A stretch of 63,976 nt of DNA, counting the filler, from a bacterium (GTDB lineage: Bacteria; JALSQH01): NCBI GenBank assembly GCA_027004335.1. It is 10 parts of 10 records of this genome, joined end to end, with 100 filler letters (N's around TTAATTAATTAA, not from the genome) between each part and the next. Parts side by side here need not be neighbours in the genome. Positions count along the whole stretch, not along the records: positions 8,453 to 12,550 come from JALTID010000080.1; positions 12,651 to 24,497 come from JALTID010000081.1; 8 more parts are not named here. One strand, given 5' to 3'. Below are positions 9,135 through 20,551 of this stretch, one piece after another (positions within the stretch are counted from its first letter, which is position 1; each line of letters begins with the position of its first letter). The translations under genes were made by a program, and so were the position numbers. Under the pieces are notes generated by a model. It was not told where the DNA came from. It did no database searches and saw only the letters and a program-made list of their open reading frames with translations.

Positions 9135-10291
9135 GAATTCATCCTTTGAATTTTAATATTTTCAATTACTTTTAGTGTGAGCCGAGTTATCATCCTTTCA
9201 ATTTTTATTATATCATGAGAGTCGTATTCAGGAAAATTATCCTTCATATTCATGACCTCCTCTACCACAACAGGGATATCGGTAAAACCAATTTCCCCCC
9301 TCAGGAAGCCGGAAACAGCAACTTCATTACTCTGTGAATAGATAAAGCAACTGAGATCACCTTCCTCAAGAGCACGGTAGGCAAGAGGAAGAGCAGGAAA
9401 TTTCTTAAAATCAGGATTAAAAAATTGTAGATCCCTATCAACAAGAGAAAAACCTGTAATAGGTCTATCCCATCTATCTGGATAATAAAGGGCAGAGGAG
9501 ATAGGAATTTTCATATCCGCTGGTCCCATCTGAGCCATAATACTCCCATCAACGAATTCAACCATTGAATGAACAATACTCTGAGGGTGGATCAGAACAT
9601 CAATTTTTTCAGGAGGAAAATCAAAAAGCCAATGAGCTTCAATAATCTCAAGTCCCTTGTTGAACATTGTGGCAGAATCTATTGTTATCTTCTTTCCCAT
9701 ACGCCATGTAGGGTGTTTGAGGGCCTCTTCAACCGTAACATCTTCAAGATTTTTTCTATTTAAAAAAGGTCCTCCTGATGCAGTCAAAATTAGCCTCCTG
9801 ACTTCTTTTTTTTCTCCTCCTTTTAGAATCTGAAAAATTGCGCTGTGCTCACTGTCCACAGGAATAATCTCTCCGCCACCCCTCTCCATCGCCTCCTTTA
9901 CAAATCTTCCTGCAACAACCAGAGATTCCTTATTGGCCAGGGCGACCCTTTTCCCAATCTCCAGTGCCCTTATAACAGAATAAACCCCCTCTGTACCCAC
10001 AATTGCAGCTACCACAATATCTACATCTTCCTCAACAAGGGCAATATTTCCCTCCTCTCCTGAAAGAATTTTTACTCTCTTTCCCATTTCTTTTTTCAAT
10101 TTTTCAGCTTCCCTTTTATCAAAAACAGAAACGACAGAAGGAGAAAATTCCTCTATCTGTTTTTTTAATTCTTCTATATTATGACCTACACCGAGCCCCA
10201 CGACATTAAAATTACTTCTATCTGTACGAATAATTTCAAGAGCCTGTCTCCCAATAGAACCAGTGCTACCGAGAATAACTACCTTTTTCAC
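9131..10291 (-). CDS. dxr: 1-deoxy-D-xylulose-5-phosphate reductoisomerase
   Basis: LGSTGSIG, LANKESLV, PVDSEHSAIFQ, HPTWRMGKKITIDSA. Confidence 0.97.
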   Translation of the reverse strand: MKKVVILGSTGSIGRQALEIIRTDRSNFNVVGLGVGHNIEELKKQIEEFSPSVVSVFDKREAEKLKKEMGKRVKILSGEEGNIALVEEDVDIVVAAIVGTEGVYSVIRALEIGKRVALANKESLVVAGRFVKEAMERGGGEIIPVDSEHSAIFQILKGGEKKEVRRLILTASGGPFLNRKNLEDVTVEEALKHPTWRMGKKITIDSATMFNKGLEIIEAHWLFDFPPEKIDVLIHPQSIVHSMVEFVDGSIMAQMGPADMKIPISSALYYPDRWDRPITGFSLVDRDLQFFNPDFKKFPALPLAYRALEEGDLSCFIYSQSNEVAVSGFLRGEIGFTDIPVVVEEVMNMKDNFPEYDSHDIIKIERMITRLTLKVIENIKIQRMNS

Positions 10292-12550
10292 CCTTCTTCT
10301 CCGATGCTGATTTTCAATACCTGCTTCAAAAACTTAAGTTGTTCTCTGATCTCCGCAAGGTCATCTTCTTTCACTTCTATATACTCCTTTTTTCGAACCC
10401 TGCCCTCTCTTTTTCTTGAAATTAAACCACCCTCTACAAGAGACATCAAAGCATTGTTAAAATTAACTTTAGAAAAGGATTCTGGCCTCCTTAACTCCCC
10501 CTTGAGAAAGAGAACCTTACCCACTTTCATCACTTCCTGCAGGAGCTGAGATTCCAAATAGGTACCTATTGCAGCTCCTGAAATTGTTTGAAATACGATA
10601 ATATACGCTTCAACGAAATTCTTAACCACCTCGGCCAGCAACAGAATGGATTTTTTATCTGATAGATAACCTCCCTGCAGGAGAAAATTCTTCCATTTAT
10701 TAAAAGAGCGATCTTCTTCTGGAAGATACTTGAGATTAAACTCAAACTCAAAGATATTTACAAGATTATTAAATACATTCTCTTCATCTTCTCCTCCCAA
10801 CACTGCTATTGCTGCAAAAGAGGGGAACACAAAAAAGTGGATCACATTATTTTTATAATAATCCACTGCGATTCTTTTCTCATCCTTTACCACATAAACT
10901 GTCTCATCCCCAACTTTTGCTTCTTCAAGCAACCCCTCTTTTTTAAATCTACTAACTGCCCTGGAAATGGTATAATCAAGGTTATCAAGGCTCCTCGTAA
11001 AGTTTATTTCCAGTTTTCTGGAAATATCAAGAACAAATTCTGCATTTCTCTTCAACTGTTCTTTCTCAACACCTTTGGTAGGGTTCAGAAGAAGTGACAG
11101 AGCCAGCAGGGAAGATGGGGTCATAGTGATCCCCTTACCAATCTCAGTTATAATTTTATAACCAAGTTCCTCCACCACCTTTGAGAGCTCTTTTTCGTCA
11201 TTACCATTCCCCGGTTTGAACCCACGGGATTTTAAAAATTCTTCAAGATCAATTAATGGTCTGAACCTTATATAAACCACACCATATCTGTTTTTAAGAA
11301 CCTTTGTGGCTTTCAAGAGCCCCTTCATACTCTCCTTCTCCTTCTCACCTCCTTCAAGTTCTTTTAAATAACTTTTTTCCTCTACAACAATCTCATAGGT
11401 TATCCCCGCCGGAAGGAAAAAAACATCCTTTTTAAGTCCCTCAAGATAGGCCCTGACTATCATTTTAACCATTCCAAGTTTGGGAAGAAGAAGCTTTCCA
11501 CTTCTGCTCCTTGTTCCTTCAATAAAAAATTCTACATTACTTCCGTTATTGAGTAGGTACCTGATATAATGATGTAAAGACAGCGCATATACCCTATTAT
11601 TTCTGAAACTCCGCCTTATAAAAAAAGCTCCAGCACCACGAAAGATGTGACCAAGAGGGAAAAAACTTAGATTTATCCCTGCTGCAATGTAGGGGAGGCT
11701 CAAATTCTCATAGAAGAAAAGATAGCTGAGAATGAGGTAATCAAGATGACTCCTGTGACACGGTACCAGAACAAGAGAGCCTTTTCTTGATGCATCCCTT
11801 ATTTTTTCCATTATCTCCCTATTATAGTCCATCCCCTCATAAATGGTATTAAAAACCCATGTAAGAATAATATCCAGTATCTGGATATAGATGGGGGAGA
11901 TCCCTGAGGTAATCTCCCAGAGATATTTTTCAACCTTCTTCTGAAGAGCCTGCCATTTCTCTCCTCTTTCAGTTGCAATTCTCTTCAACTCATCCACTAA
12001 CACTGGATCCCTTGAAATCACCTTAATTACCTGATTTCTGGGCCACCTTGGAGGTCCAAGAATGGTGCGAAGCTCTCTGGCAAGGTGGTACCTCAAAACA
12101 AGTCTTAATTTTCTCGCCTGAATATCCTCGGGGGCAGAAGAATTCTCGGAGATATATTCCTTAAGATCCACAGGAGCACCAAAGTGGAAAAAAGCTCTCT
12201 TATAATTTCTTAAAAAAAGAAAAATCTTTCTCATCTTTCCAGGGAATTCAGTAGGTCCAAATATTATATCAATAATACTCTTTTTCGCTGAGGGGGGTCT
12301 TTTCCTCCACAATAGAACAGTTGGAATCAGGCTCACAGGGTTATCCAATAACTTTTGCTGAGTAAAAATTATTTTCATAAGCTCCGAATTATCAAGATAG
12401 TACCGGAGAAAAATCACCACAGGTCTTTTCTCTATAAAAGCCTCCCTTATAGATCCAGAAACATCTATAATTTCTCTGCGAAAGATCTTTCTGAAAAAAA
12501 CAACAAGCCGTGGAAAAGGGGGGCAGAATATCAAAGGTTCTGGCAATCCT
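10288..12550 (-). CDS. plsB: Glycerol-3-phosphate acyltransferase, PlsB family (5' end cut)
   Basis: HRSHLD, GAFFIRR, FIEGTRSRSGK, YYKNN. Confidence 0.88.
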
Positions 12551-12650
12551 NNNNNNNNNNNNNNNNNNNNNNNNNNNNNNNNNNNNNNNNNNNNTTAATT
12601 AATTAANNNNNNNNNNNNNNNNNNNNNNNNNNNNNNNNNNNNNNNNNNNN
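12551..12650. other. Artificial contig linker
   Basis: N-TTAATTAATTAA-N. Confidence 0.98.
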
Positions 12651-13925
12651 ACTATCAACATCCAAAAATTTATCTATGAGTTCATCAATTTCCATTTCCT
12701 TATAATCATTTTCCATTTTCTTAACATTTATTTTTTTCCAGTTGATATTACCAAAAACAATTTTTCCTCTGAGAAGAGTATTTAGTAGTTCCATCCTAAC
12801 ACCGCTAAACTCCACATCAGAGAAAGTAAATACAACAGGATATCTATAATTCCGTGAAGCAATAATTTTTCTAGCAGTGAGATAGAGATTCTCAGGAACT
12901 ACACTAAAAACAAAATGAATGTAAACTATCCGTTTGTCCTCAGGATAAATATCTTTAATATTATAAAAAAGTACACTTTTCAAATTATCACCAAAAATAT
13001 CTTCCAATTTTTTAATCAATCTCAACAGCTTTCCAACGAGCTCTTCAGGAATGATTATATTAACATCTTCTCTTTTGAATTCTCTCCATTGTGCAAGGAA
13101 AAGATCCCTATCAATGTAATTTTTATAAACTGCTTCAAAATAGTTTCTGACCCATTCCATTGCCAGTTTTCTCTTGCCGGGAAAAATTATAGGTACCCTG
13201 TGCATTGCCTGCAATTCAGCAATAGCTTTTCTTGTAAACCAGATATCAAGAAATTTGTTCTTATCGGGGTTCAAAAAATCTTCGTAACGACCCTCAACAA
13301 CCACCACACTGTTTTGATAATTTTCAAGATCAACCATTCTCTGATGAAAAGTCTGAAGGTTATTTAAGTCCCCCAGAAAATTCTCAAAAGTTTTTCTCTC
13401 CACTACAGCAATATACTCATTACCACCTATTAGAGCATAATCACCTACAGGAAGGCTCTTTACCTCTACTCTTGCCCCAGGAAAGCTCCATGGATACTTT
13501 TCATTGGAATCAATAATGATTTTGAGATCAGTGGAAAGTTTTCCGCCTGTTAACTTTGCTCTTGTAGGCGATTCTCTAAGAACTTTTTCTGTCCTCCAGT
13601 AGATTCTTTCATACTCTTTTCCAGATCTTGCTTTACCAGTTAAGAATAAGAAATCACATCTTTTTCTTCTATTTCTATTAAGAACAACAGTCAATTTCCT
13701 CCCAACCCTTTTTAGAGAAAGAATTGCTACCCTTTCCACTTCTTCAGAGGGGACTTCGCACAAATAAGGCTTCTCTCTCATGCAGAACATGGTTCCCTTT
13801 TCACCTGGCCAGATATCTTGAACCTTTAAGCACAAAATAAGATCAGTTGCAGAAATAATTTTTACTCTATAAGGAAATCTCTCAGATGGTCTTTTTTCAA
13901 CTATCCACCAGAGACCAGCTTCCAT
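12651..13925 (-). CDS. ERCC4 (XPF/Mus81-type) nuclease domain protein with a C-terminal nucleotidyltransferase-like extension (3' end cut)
   Basis: IIIDSNE, LPVGDY, VVERKT, VVVEG; N-terminal domain of the bacterial ERCC4 type. Confidence 0.8.
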
Positions 13926-14045
13926 ACTAAATTATACCATATTATATTTGAAAATCATTGCGATACAATTCTATCTGCCCTCCTTGAAAATTACTACTAA
14001 TTAAGTAAAATACTATTATCTCATAATAGGGTAAAAGGAGATTTT

Positions 14046-15464
14046 ATGTTTAAAAAGGTGCTTGTTGCTAACAGGGGGGAAATTGCCACAAGAATTATAA
14101 GAGCACTTAAAGAATTAGAGATAAAAAGTGTAGCTATCTATTCCATGGAGGATAAAGACACACTTTTTGTTAAGAAAGCTGATGAAGCGTATCTGGTTGG
14201 GACAGGTCCTCTGGATGGATATCTGAATATTCAACACATTGTTGATCTCGCCCTTAAAGTTGGTGTAGAAGCAATTCACCCTGGTTATGGTTTTCTTTCA
14301 GAGAATCCTGCATTTGCAGAAACCTGTGAGAAAAGGGGGATCAAATTTATTGGACCCTCTTCAGAAGTAATTAAACTCTTAGGAGACAAAGTTGAAGCTA
14401 AAAAGCTTGCAAAAAAAGTAGGAATTCCTGTTGTACCTGGATCTGAGGAAGCAGTGAAAGATGTAAAAGAAGCCGTATCAATGGCAAATGAAATTGGTTA
14501 TCCTGTAATGCTAAAAGCTGCTGCAGGCGGTGGTGGAAGAGGTCTCAGAATCATAAAAAACGACGAAGAACTAAAGGAACAATTTGAAAATGCACAGAAT
14601 GAGGCTGTAAAATTTTTTAAAGATGACAGACTCTTTATAGAAAAATTCATTGAAAATCCCCACCATATTGAGTTTCAAATCCTGGCTGATAAGTATGGAA
14701 ATGTTATACATCTGTTAGAAAGGGACTGCTCTATTCAGAGAAGACATCAAAAGGTAATTGAGATTGCTCCTTCTCTTATTTTAACTCCCAAGATCAGGGA
14801 GGAGATTGGAGAAAAAGCAAAGGAACTTGCAAGGGCGGTGGGATATGAGAATGCAGGAACTGTAGAATTCCTCATTGATAAGGATCTAAACTACTTTTTC
14901 CTTGAGATGAACACAAGAATTCAGGTTGAACATCCTGTAACCGAGATGGTAACAGGGGTTGACCTTGTAAAACAGCAGATCTTAATTGCTGATGGTGTGC
15001 CGTTAACTCAAAAACAAGAAGAAATCATCGCCAATGGCTACGCTATAGAGATAAGAATCAACGGTGAAGATCCCAAGAACAATTTTGCTCCGAGTTCAGG
15101 GGAGGTAACAAGATACTACTCACCTGGAGGAATTGGAATCAGGATAGATGGTACCATATACAGTGGATTCAGAGTTTCTCCATATTACGATCCAATGCTT
15201 TCAAAGCTGATTGTTCATGCTCCCACATGGGGAGAAGCTGTGGCAAGGGCAAAAAGAGCTCTTTCTGAGTATCACATCAGCGGGATAAGGAGCAATATTC
15301 CTTTCGCTTTAAATATCTTGAAACATCTAGATTTCAGAGCAGGAAGATTCGATACATCATTCATTGATTCCCATCCTGAACTTATGGATTATACAGAATA
15401 CAGAGAACCCGAGGATTTAGTTGCAGCAATAGCTATTGCAGTCGCAGCGTATGAAGGAATTTAA
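14046..15464 (+). CDS. pycA: Pyruvate carboxylase subunit A (biotin carboxylase)
   Basis: ANRGEIA, HPGYGFLSEN, GGGGRG, ERDCSIQRRHQK, EMNTRIQVEH; adjacent to the carboxyltransferase subunit. Confidence 0.88.
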   Translation: MFKKVLVANRGEIATRIIRALKELEIKSVAIYSMEDKDTLFVKKADEAYLVGTGPLDGYLNIQHIVDLALKVGVEAIHPGYGFLSENPAFAETCEKRGIKFIGPSSEVIKLLGDKVEAKKLAKKVGIPVVPGSEEAVKDVKEAVSMANEIGYPVMLKAAAGGGGRGLRIIKNDEELKEQFENAQNEAVKFFKDDRLFIEKFIENPHHIEFQILADKYGNVIHLLERDCSIQRRHQKVIEIAPSLILTPKIREEIGEKAKELARAVGYENAGTVEFLIDKDLNYFFLEMNTRIQVEHPVTEMVTGVDLVKQQILIADGVPLTQKQEEIIANGYAIEIRINGEDPKNNFAPSSGEVTRYYSPGGIGIRIDGTIYSGFRVSPYYDPMLSKLIVHAPTWGEAVARAKRALSEYHISGIRSNIPFALNILKHLDFRAGRFDTSFIDSHPELMDYTEYREPEDLVAAIAIAVAAYEGI

Positions 15465-15473
15465 GGAGGAAAT

Positions 15474-17342
15474 ATGACAGAAAAGCTATTTGATGGGAAG
15501 AAACTTTACATAACTGACCTTACCCTTCGGGATGCCCATCAGTCACTTCTTGCAACGAGAATGAGAACCGAGGATATGCTCCCCATTGCAGATAAAATGG
15601 ACAGAGCAGGTTTCTGGTCAATGGAAGTATGGGGAGGGGCAACTTTTGATGCATGTTTAAGGTTTCTAAAAGAAGATCCATGGGAAAGATTAAGAAAATT
15701 AAGAAAAGCGCTACCCAATACAAGATTGCAGATGCTTCTGAGAGGACAGAATATTCTGGGATATAGACATTATCCCGATGATGTTCTGAAAAAATTTATA
15801 GAAGTGGCCCGTAAAAATGGCATAGATGTATTCAGGGTTTTTGATGCACTAAACGACCTGAGAAATCTCAGGGTTTCAATTGAAACAGCAAAATCTGTTG
15901 GTGCCATCGTGGAAGGGGCAATTTCGTACACTACAAGCCCGATTCACACAATAAAATACTTTGTAGCTCTGGCAAAAGGCCTTGCTGAGATGGGAGTTGA
16001 TATAATAACAATTAAAGATATGGCGGGTCTTATAATGCCTCACGACGCATACAGTCTAGTTAAAACTGTCAAAGAAGAAGTTGGACTTCCCGTCTCCTTT
16101 CACAGTCATTGCACAACAGGGCTCTGTATGATGTCACATTACGAAGCCATCAGGGCCGGGGTTGATATAATAGATGCAGCAATATCTCCTCTCTCACTGG
16201 GAACAAGTCATCCCCCTATTGAGAGCATGGTTGCGGCATTTAAAAACAGTGATAGGGACACAGGCCTGGACCTAAAACTTCTAGCAGAAATTGCTGAACA
16301 TTTCAAAAAGGTCAGAAAAAAATACAGAAGATTTGAAACAGAATTCTATGGAGTTGATCCAAGAATCCTGATATCGCAGATCCCTGGTGGTATGCTCTCA
16401 AACCTAATTAATCAACTGAAGGAGCAAAACTCTCTGGACAACCTTAACACAGTCCTTGAGGAAGTTCCAAGGGTAAGAAAAGACTTAGGATATCCTCCTC
16501 TGGTAACTCCTACCAGCCAGATAGTGGGAACACAGGCCACCCTTAATGTCATGACAGGAAAAAGGTACAGTGCCATCACAACCGAGGTAAAAAATTACAT
16601 AAAGGGAATGTATGGAAGACCTCCGGGAGAAATTGATCCGGAACTAATGAAAAAAGCAATAGGAGACGAAAAACCGATAACTGTGAGGCCTGCTGATCTA
16701 CTAGAACCTGAACTGGATAAGTTGACCAGAGAATTAGGGGATAAAGCAAGAGGCATTGAAGATGTCCTCAGTTACGCACTTTTCCCTCAGGTCGCTCTGG
16801 AGTTTTTTGAACAGCGGGAGAAAGGAACTCTTAAACCGGAACCAATTGAGTTACCGGAAGAGGAAAAGTTAGAGGGAGAAACTGGTGGTGTTCATTTTGC
16901 TCCATCTGAATTCAGAATAACAGTTCATGGCGAAACATACCATGTAAAGGTGGCCGGGGCCGGCCATAGAAATGAAGTTCCAAGGCCATATTTTATAAAA
17001 ATTGATGGTCAATTAGAAGAAGTTCTTCTTGAACCTCTGGTGGAAATTGTACCTACTGCAGGAGGCTACATTGAAAGTACACCAGCAGTTGAATCTAAAA
17101 GGCCTCCCGCTCAGAAAAAAGGTGATATCACCGCACCTCTTCCAGGAAAAGTTACAAAGGTCCTTGTAAAAGAAGGGGATTTTGTTACTGAGGGAGATAC
17201 AGTTTTAGTCATTGAAGCAATGAAATTAGAAAATGAGATTCATACACCGGTTACAGGCTTTGTGAAAAAGGTTTATGTCAGGAAGGGTGATCAGGTCAAT
17301 CCAAAAGAAACCCTCGTTGAAATAGAAGAGAAGGAGAATTGA
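15474..17342 (+). CDS. pycB: Pyruvate carboxylase subunit B (carboxyltransferase plus biotin carrier; OadA-like)
   Basis: RDAHQSLLATRMRT, WGGATFD, KDMAG, HSH, PGGM, biotin site EAMKL. Confidence 0.88.
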   Translation: MTEKLFDGKKLYITDLTLRDAHQSLLATRMRTEDMLPIADKMDRAGFWSMEVWGGATFDACLRFLKEDPWERLRKLRKALPNTRLQMLLRGQNILGYRHYPDDVLKKFIEVARKNGIDVFRVFDALNDLRNLRVSIETAKSVGAIVEGAISYTTSPIHTIKYFVALAKGLAEMGVDIITIKDMAGLIMPHDAYSLVKTVKEEVGLPVSFHSHCTTGLCMMSHYEAIRAGVDIIDAAISPLSLGTSHPPIESMVAAFKNSDRDTGLDLKLLAEIAEHFKKVRKKYRRFETEFYGVDPRILISQIPGGMLSNLINQLKEQNSLDNLNTVLEEVPRVRKDLGYPPLVTPTSQIVGTQATLNVMTGKRYSAITTEVKNYIKGMYGRPPGEIDPELMKKAIGDEKPITVRPADLLEPELDKLTRELGDKARGIEDVLSYALFPQVALEFFEQREKGTLKPEPIELPEEEKLEGETGGVHFAPSEFRITVHGETYHVKVAGAGHRNEVPRPYFIKIDGQLEEVLLEPLVEIVPTAGGYIESTPAVESKRPPAQKKGDITAPLPGKVTKVLVKEGDFVTEGDTVLVIEAMKLENEIHTPVTGFVKKVYVRKGDQVNPKETLVEIEEKEN

Positions 17343-18130
17343 ATCTCTTATTAACTCTTATTGCTACCTTTTTAATTGGCTCTATCGCTGGATTCGTGGC
17401 AGGATTTTTCGGTGTTGGCGGCGGAGTTATATATGTGCCTGGGCTTCTTTTCTATTTCAAATCAATAACTCATGGCTCTGATATAACCCAGTTAGCAACT
17501 GCAACTTCCCTGGGGGCGATTTTTATCACCTCATCTTACGGAAGTTACCTTCACAGGAAGAAAGGAGAAGCTGATCTAAAACAGGTCCTGTATATACTGA
17601 TCGGAGGAATACCCGCTGCATATATTGGTGCTAAAATTGCCGTTCTGATCCCGGGAGAATCACTTAAAAGGTTTTTTGGCATACTTGAAATTATAGTTGC
17701 AATCCTGTATGTAACAATCCTCTCCCAAAGGAGAGAGGGGAACAGAAATCCAAAAGCGGTTTTTCTGACTATTACAGGAGTACTGGCAGGGTTTCTATCA
17801 GGACTCTTTGGGATAGGAGGAGGTATTATTGCTGTCCCTGCAATGAATGTTTTATTGAGGATGCCTATCAAAAGATCAGTGGGAAACTCTTCAAACATGA
17901 TCTTCTTTAACTCAATGGCAGGAATTGCCTCTTATATGCTTTCCAGTCCATCTGCGTCTCTGCAGGGGAATATGGGGTATGTGAACCTACCCGCAGCAAT
18001 TCTCCTGGGACTCTCATCAATATTTGCTGTTAAAATCTCGGTAAGTCTATTTATCTCATCTGAGACAAAATCTCTCAAAATCATCTACGCCTTTTTCCTT
18101 GCAATCATTGGTTTAAAATTAACTTTGTGA
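17339..18130 (+). CDS. Sulfite exporter TauE/SafE family protein
   Basis: Duplicated G-x-x-G-x-GGG motifs, about 8 TM helices. Confidence 0.85.
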   Translation: MNLLLTLIATFLIGSIAGFVAGFFGVGGGVIYVPGLLFYFKSITHGSDITQLATATSLGAIFITSSYGSYLHRKKGEADLKQVLYILIGGIPAAYIGAKIAVLIPGESLKRFFGILEIIVAILYVTILSQRREGNRNPKAVFLTITGVLAGFLSGLFGIGGGIIAVPAMNVLLRMPIKRSVGNSSNMIFFNSMAGIASYMLSSPSASLQGNMGYVNLPAAILLGLSSIFAVKISVSLFISSETKSLKIIYAFFLAIIGLKLTL

Positions 18131-18159
18131 TAAAATTTTAAAAAAGAAGGAAGGGTAAA

Positions 18160-18963
18160 ATGAATAGAAGAGCAGTGGTAGCGGGGAGTTTTTACCCCGA
18201 GGAAGTAGAAGAATTAGATAAAATGATAAGAAGCTACACTCCTGCAGATATTCCCAGGGTAAAAGCCAAAGGAGTCATCGCACCTCACGCAGGTTATATA
18301 TATTCAGGAAGAACAGCAGCAAGGGTTTTTGCCAGTGTAGAAGTTCCAGATACTGCAATAATTATGTCACCCAACCATACAGGAATGGGTGAAGCAGCTT
18401 CTCTCTGGCCATCGGGACACTGGGAAATACCCGGGGGGTCAATCCCGGTAAATTCAGAACTTTCTGAATTACTCCTCTCCTCATCCAGGGTGCTAAAAGA
18501 GGACTACAATGCTCATCTCTATGAACATGCTGTGGAGGTTGAACTTCCATTTCTTTACTACCACAATAAAAAAATTTCCTTTGTTCCCATCGTGCTCTAT
18601 CCTCTCCCATATGAGTACTGTGTGGATATTGGAAAGGCAATTGCTGAAAGCATAAAGAATTTGGGGAAAGATGTTCTCATAGTGGCAAGCTCCGATATGA
18701 CTCACTATGAAACCGCAGAATCAGCCAGAGAAAAGGATTCCCTTGCCCTTGAGAGAATTATGGCGCTGGATCCAGAAGGACTATACAATGTCATAAGAAA
18801 ATATGAGATAACTATGTGTGGCTACATTCCAGCTACGATTATGCTTATTGCGGCTATTGAAGTTGGAGCTACAAAAGCAACTCTTGTTGATTACACCAAC
18901 AGTGGAGAGGTAACAGGGGATTTCTCCTCTGTGGTAGCCTACGCAGGGGTTATAGTTGAATAA
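18160..18963 (+). CDS. amrB: MEMO1-family protein (AmmeMemoRadiSam system protein B)
   Basis: VAGSFYP, PHAGYIYSG, PNH, EHAVEV, SSDMTHY, TMCG, VAYAG. Confidence 0.92.
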   Translation: MNRRAVVAGSFYPEEVEELDKMIRSYTPADIPRVKAKGVIAPHAGYIYSGRTAARVFASVEVPDTAIIMSPNHTGMGEAASLWPSGHWEIPGGSIPVNSELSELLLSSSRVLKEDYNAHLYEHAVEVELPFLYYHNKKISFVPIVLYPLPYEYCVDIGKAIAESIKNLGKDVLIVASSDMTHYETAESAREKDSLALERIMALDPEGLYNVIRKYEITMCGYIPATIMLIAAIEVGATKATLVDYTNSGEVTGDFSSVVAYAGVIVE

Positions 18964-20548
18964 AAGAGGAAAAACATTTTCGTCAATAATTTTAATTCTG
19001 ATGATCATAACTTCCTGTAAACACTCTGGGAATTTACCTTCTAATTCTTCAAATGAAAATAACTCTATATTAATTTCAAACAATGAAATTAAGCTGAATC
19101 TATTACTTACAAAAGGTTTTGAAAATAGTTATGATCTTCTTTCTCCGTTTTCCGGGATAAGGATAATTGATGAAGAGGACCAGATATACGGTTTCGCCTC
19201 AATCAAAAATGCCAAATTTACAGATTTTGATAATTCTTACGACCTTCTAAGCCACAATTTTAATTATGATATTCATAACTTTCTAACACTAAAACACTGG
19301 GAACAATATTTTAATACTGTTGGACTAAAAATAAAACAGATACAAGATTCAGCTTTTACCAGAAACGAAAGATGGGGAGAGATTATTATAGGAAAAAAAT
19401 ACACCATAAAATTCCCTGGAACTGTAAACATTAACACCCAACAGGTTGGAGAATATTTAGAGCAGATAATGGCCAGAACAGATAAAGCCACTTCCCTTAA
19501 AATGGGTTCCCCGGACCCTAACTGGTATAACGATACAAGCTTCATAGTTTCAATCTTTGAAACTCTTCTCTCTCCGGAAGCAGCGGGAGGTACAAACAAG
19601 ATACTTACAGTTGCTCTGGTTACCCCACTATCCAGGAAGGGGAAGTTGTATGAGGAACTTTACACTGATCTATCTTATAACACCAATGTTTGCGTGGGAA
19701 AATGTGAGGTAAAATCTATCAGTGAAACTTTTTCTCTGAAAGCTACAACCCCTGTTGAAATCCTTTTCTTCTTCAGAAACACAAGTGGGATGGCATTTGA
19801 GATAAACAATTTTTTCTCAAATATTGGAGGAGGTCTTATAAGTTTTATGAACAACTACAATGTACCCTTTAAAATTGCTTTAACAACCATCAGTAAACCT
19901 GAAAAAATAAAAAAATGGAATAATAAGTACTGGCTGGATCAGAATGATGAGGAGCCTTCGGATTTTTTCAATATTCCTCTTACTACTTTTACGAGAAACA
20001 ATTTGATTTCCCTTGGTCCTTCCGCAGTAAGTTCTGCGACAAAAGAAGGCTTATTCAACAATTCCTCTAAGAAAATCATTGTATTCTATTCAGATAGAGA
20101 TGATCAGTCCCTTACATCCAACGGTGAGCCAATTTCAAAGGATAATTCAGATCAATTCGGAGAAATTTACAAAAACCTAAATATCTTCCCTGTTGGGATT
20201 ATCCCTCTCACAGGTGATTCAAGTTTTACTTGTGATGATCCTCAACTGGCTGATATCTTTTCATCTTTTCTTTATAGAGCTGATGGCCTGAAAACAAATA
20301 TTTGTTCAACCCACCAGAGTTCATTTATAATTTCCCTTGTAAGAAATGGGATGATTTTTTCCTCATCTGCAACTCTTTCATTTCCTGCTGCAACTATTAC
20401 CTCAAAGTGCACTTTCAATCATGAAAATCAGTCATGGGGATTTCCAAATGGATATTACATAAGCCCATATCTGAAAAAGATTGTTATCACGCCAGTTTCC
20501 GATGGGAAAGGCAGTGTCAGTTATTCCTATTTCTCTTTACCACATTGA
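18956..20548 (+). CDS. Lipoprotein with a degenerate C-terminal vWA-like domain
   Basis: Lipobox ITSC; PVEILFFFRNTSGM...KIALTT...IVFYSDRDDQS. Confidence 0.55.
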   Translation: MNKRGKTFSSIILILMIITSCKHSGNLPSNSSNENNSILISNNEIKLNLLLTKGFENSYDLLSPFSGIRIIDEEDQIYGFASIKNAKFTDFDNSYDLLSHNFNYDIHNFLTLKHWEQYFNTVGLKIKQIQDSAFTRNERWGEIIIGKKYTIKFPGTVNINTQQVGEYLEQIMARTDKATSLKMGSPDPNWYNDTSFIVSIFETLLSPEAAGGTNKILTVALVTPLSRKGKLYEELYTDLSYNTNVCVGKCEVKSISETFSLKATTPVEILFFFRNTSGMAFEINNFFSNIGGGLISFMNNYNVPFKIALTTISKPEKIKKWNNKYWLDQNDEEPSDFFNIPLTTFTRNNLISLGPSAVSSATKEGLFNNSSKKIIVFYSDRDDQSLTSNGEPISKDNSDQFGEIYKNLNIFPVGIIPLTGDSSFTCDDPQLADIFSSFLYRADGLKTNICSTHQSSFIISLVRNGMIFSSSATLSFPAATITSKCTFNHENQSWGFPNGYYISPYLKKIVITPVSDGKGSVSYSYFSLPH

Positions 20549-20551
20549 ATA

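Noticed and set aside
14046..17342. Possible 2-oxoglutarate carboxylase (CfiAB, reverse TCA cycle) or Na+-pumping oxaloacetate decarboxylase
   Set aside because: RDAHQSLLATRMRT and KDMAG are pyruvate-carboxylase-type motifs, a biotin carboxylase gene is adjacent, and no oadB/oadG is present. A phylogeny would be needed to exclude CfiAB formally.
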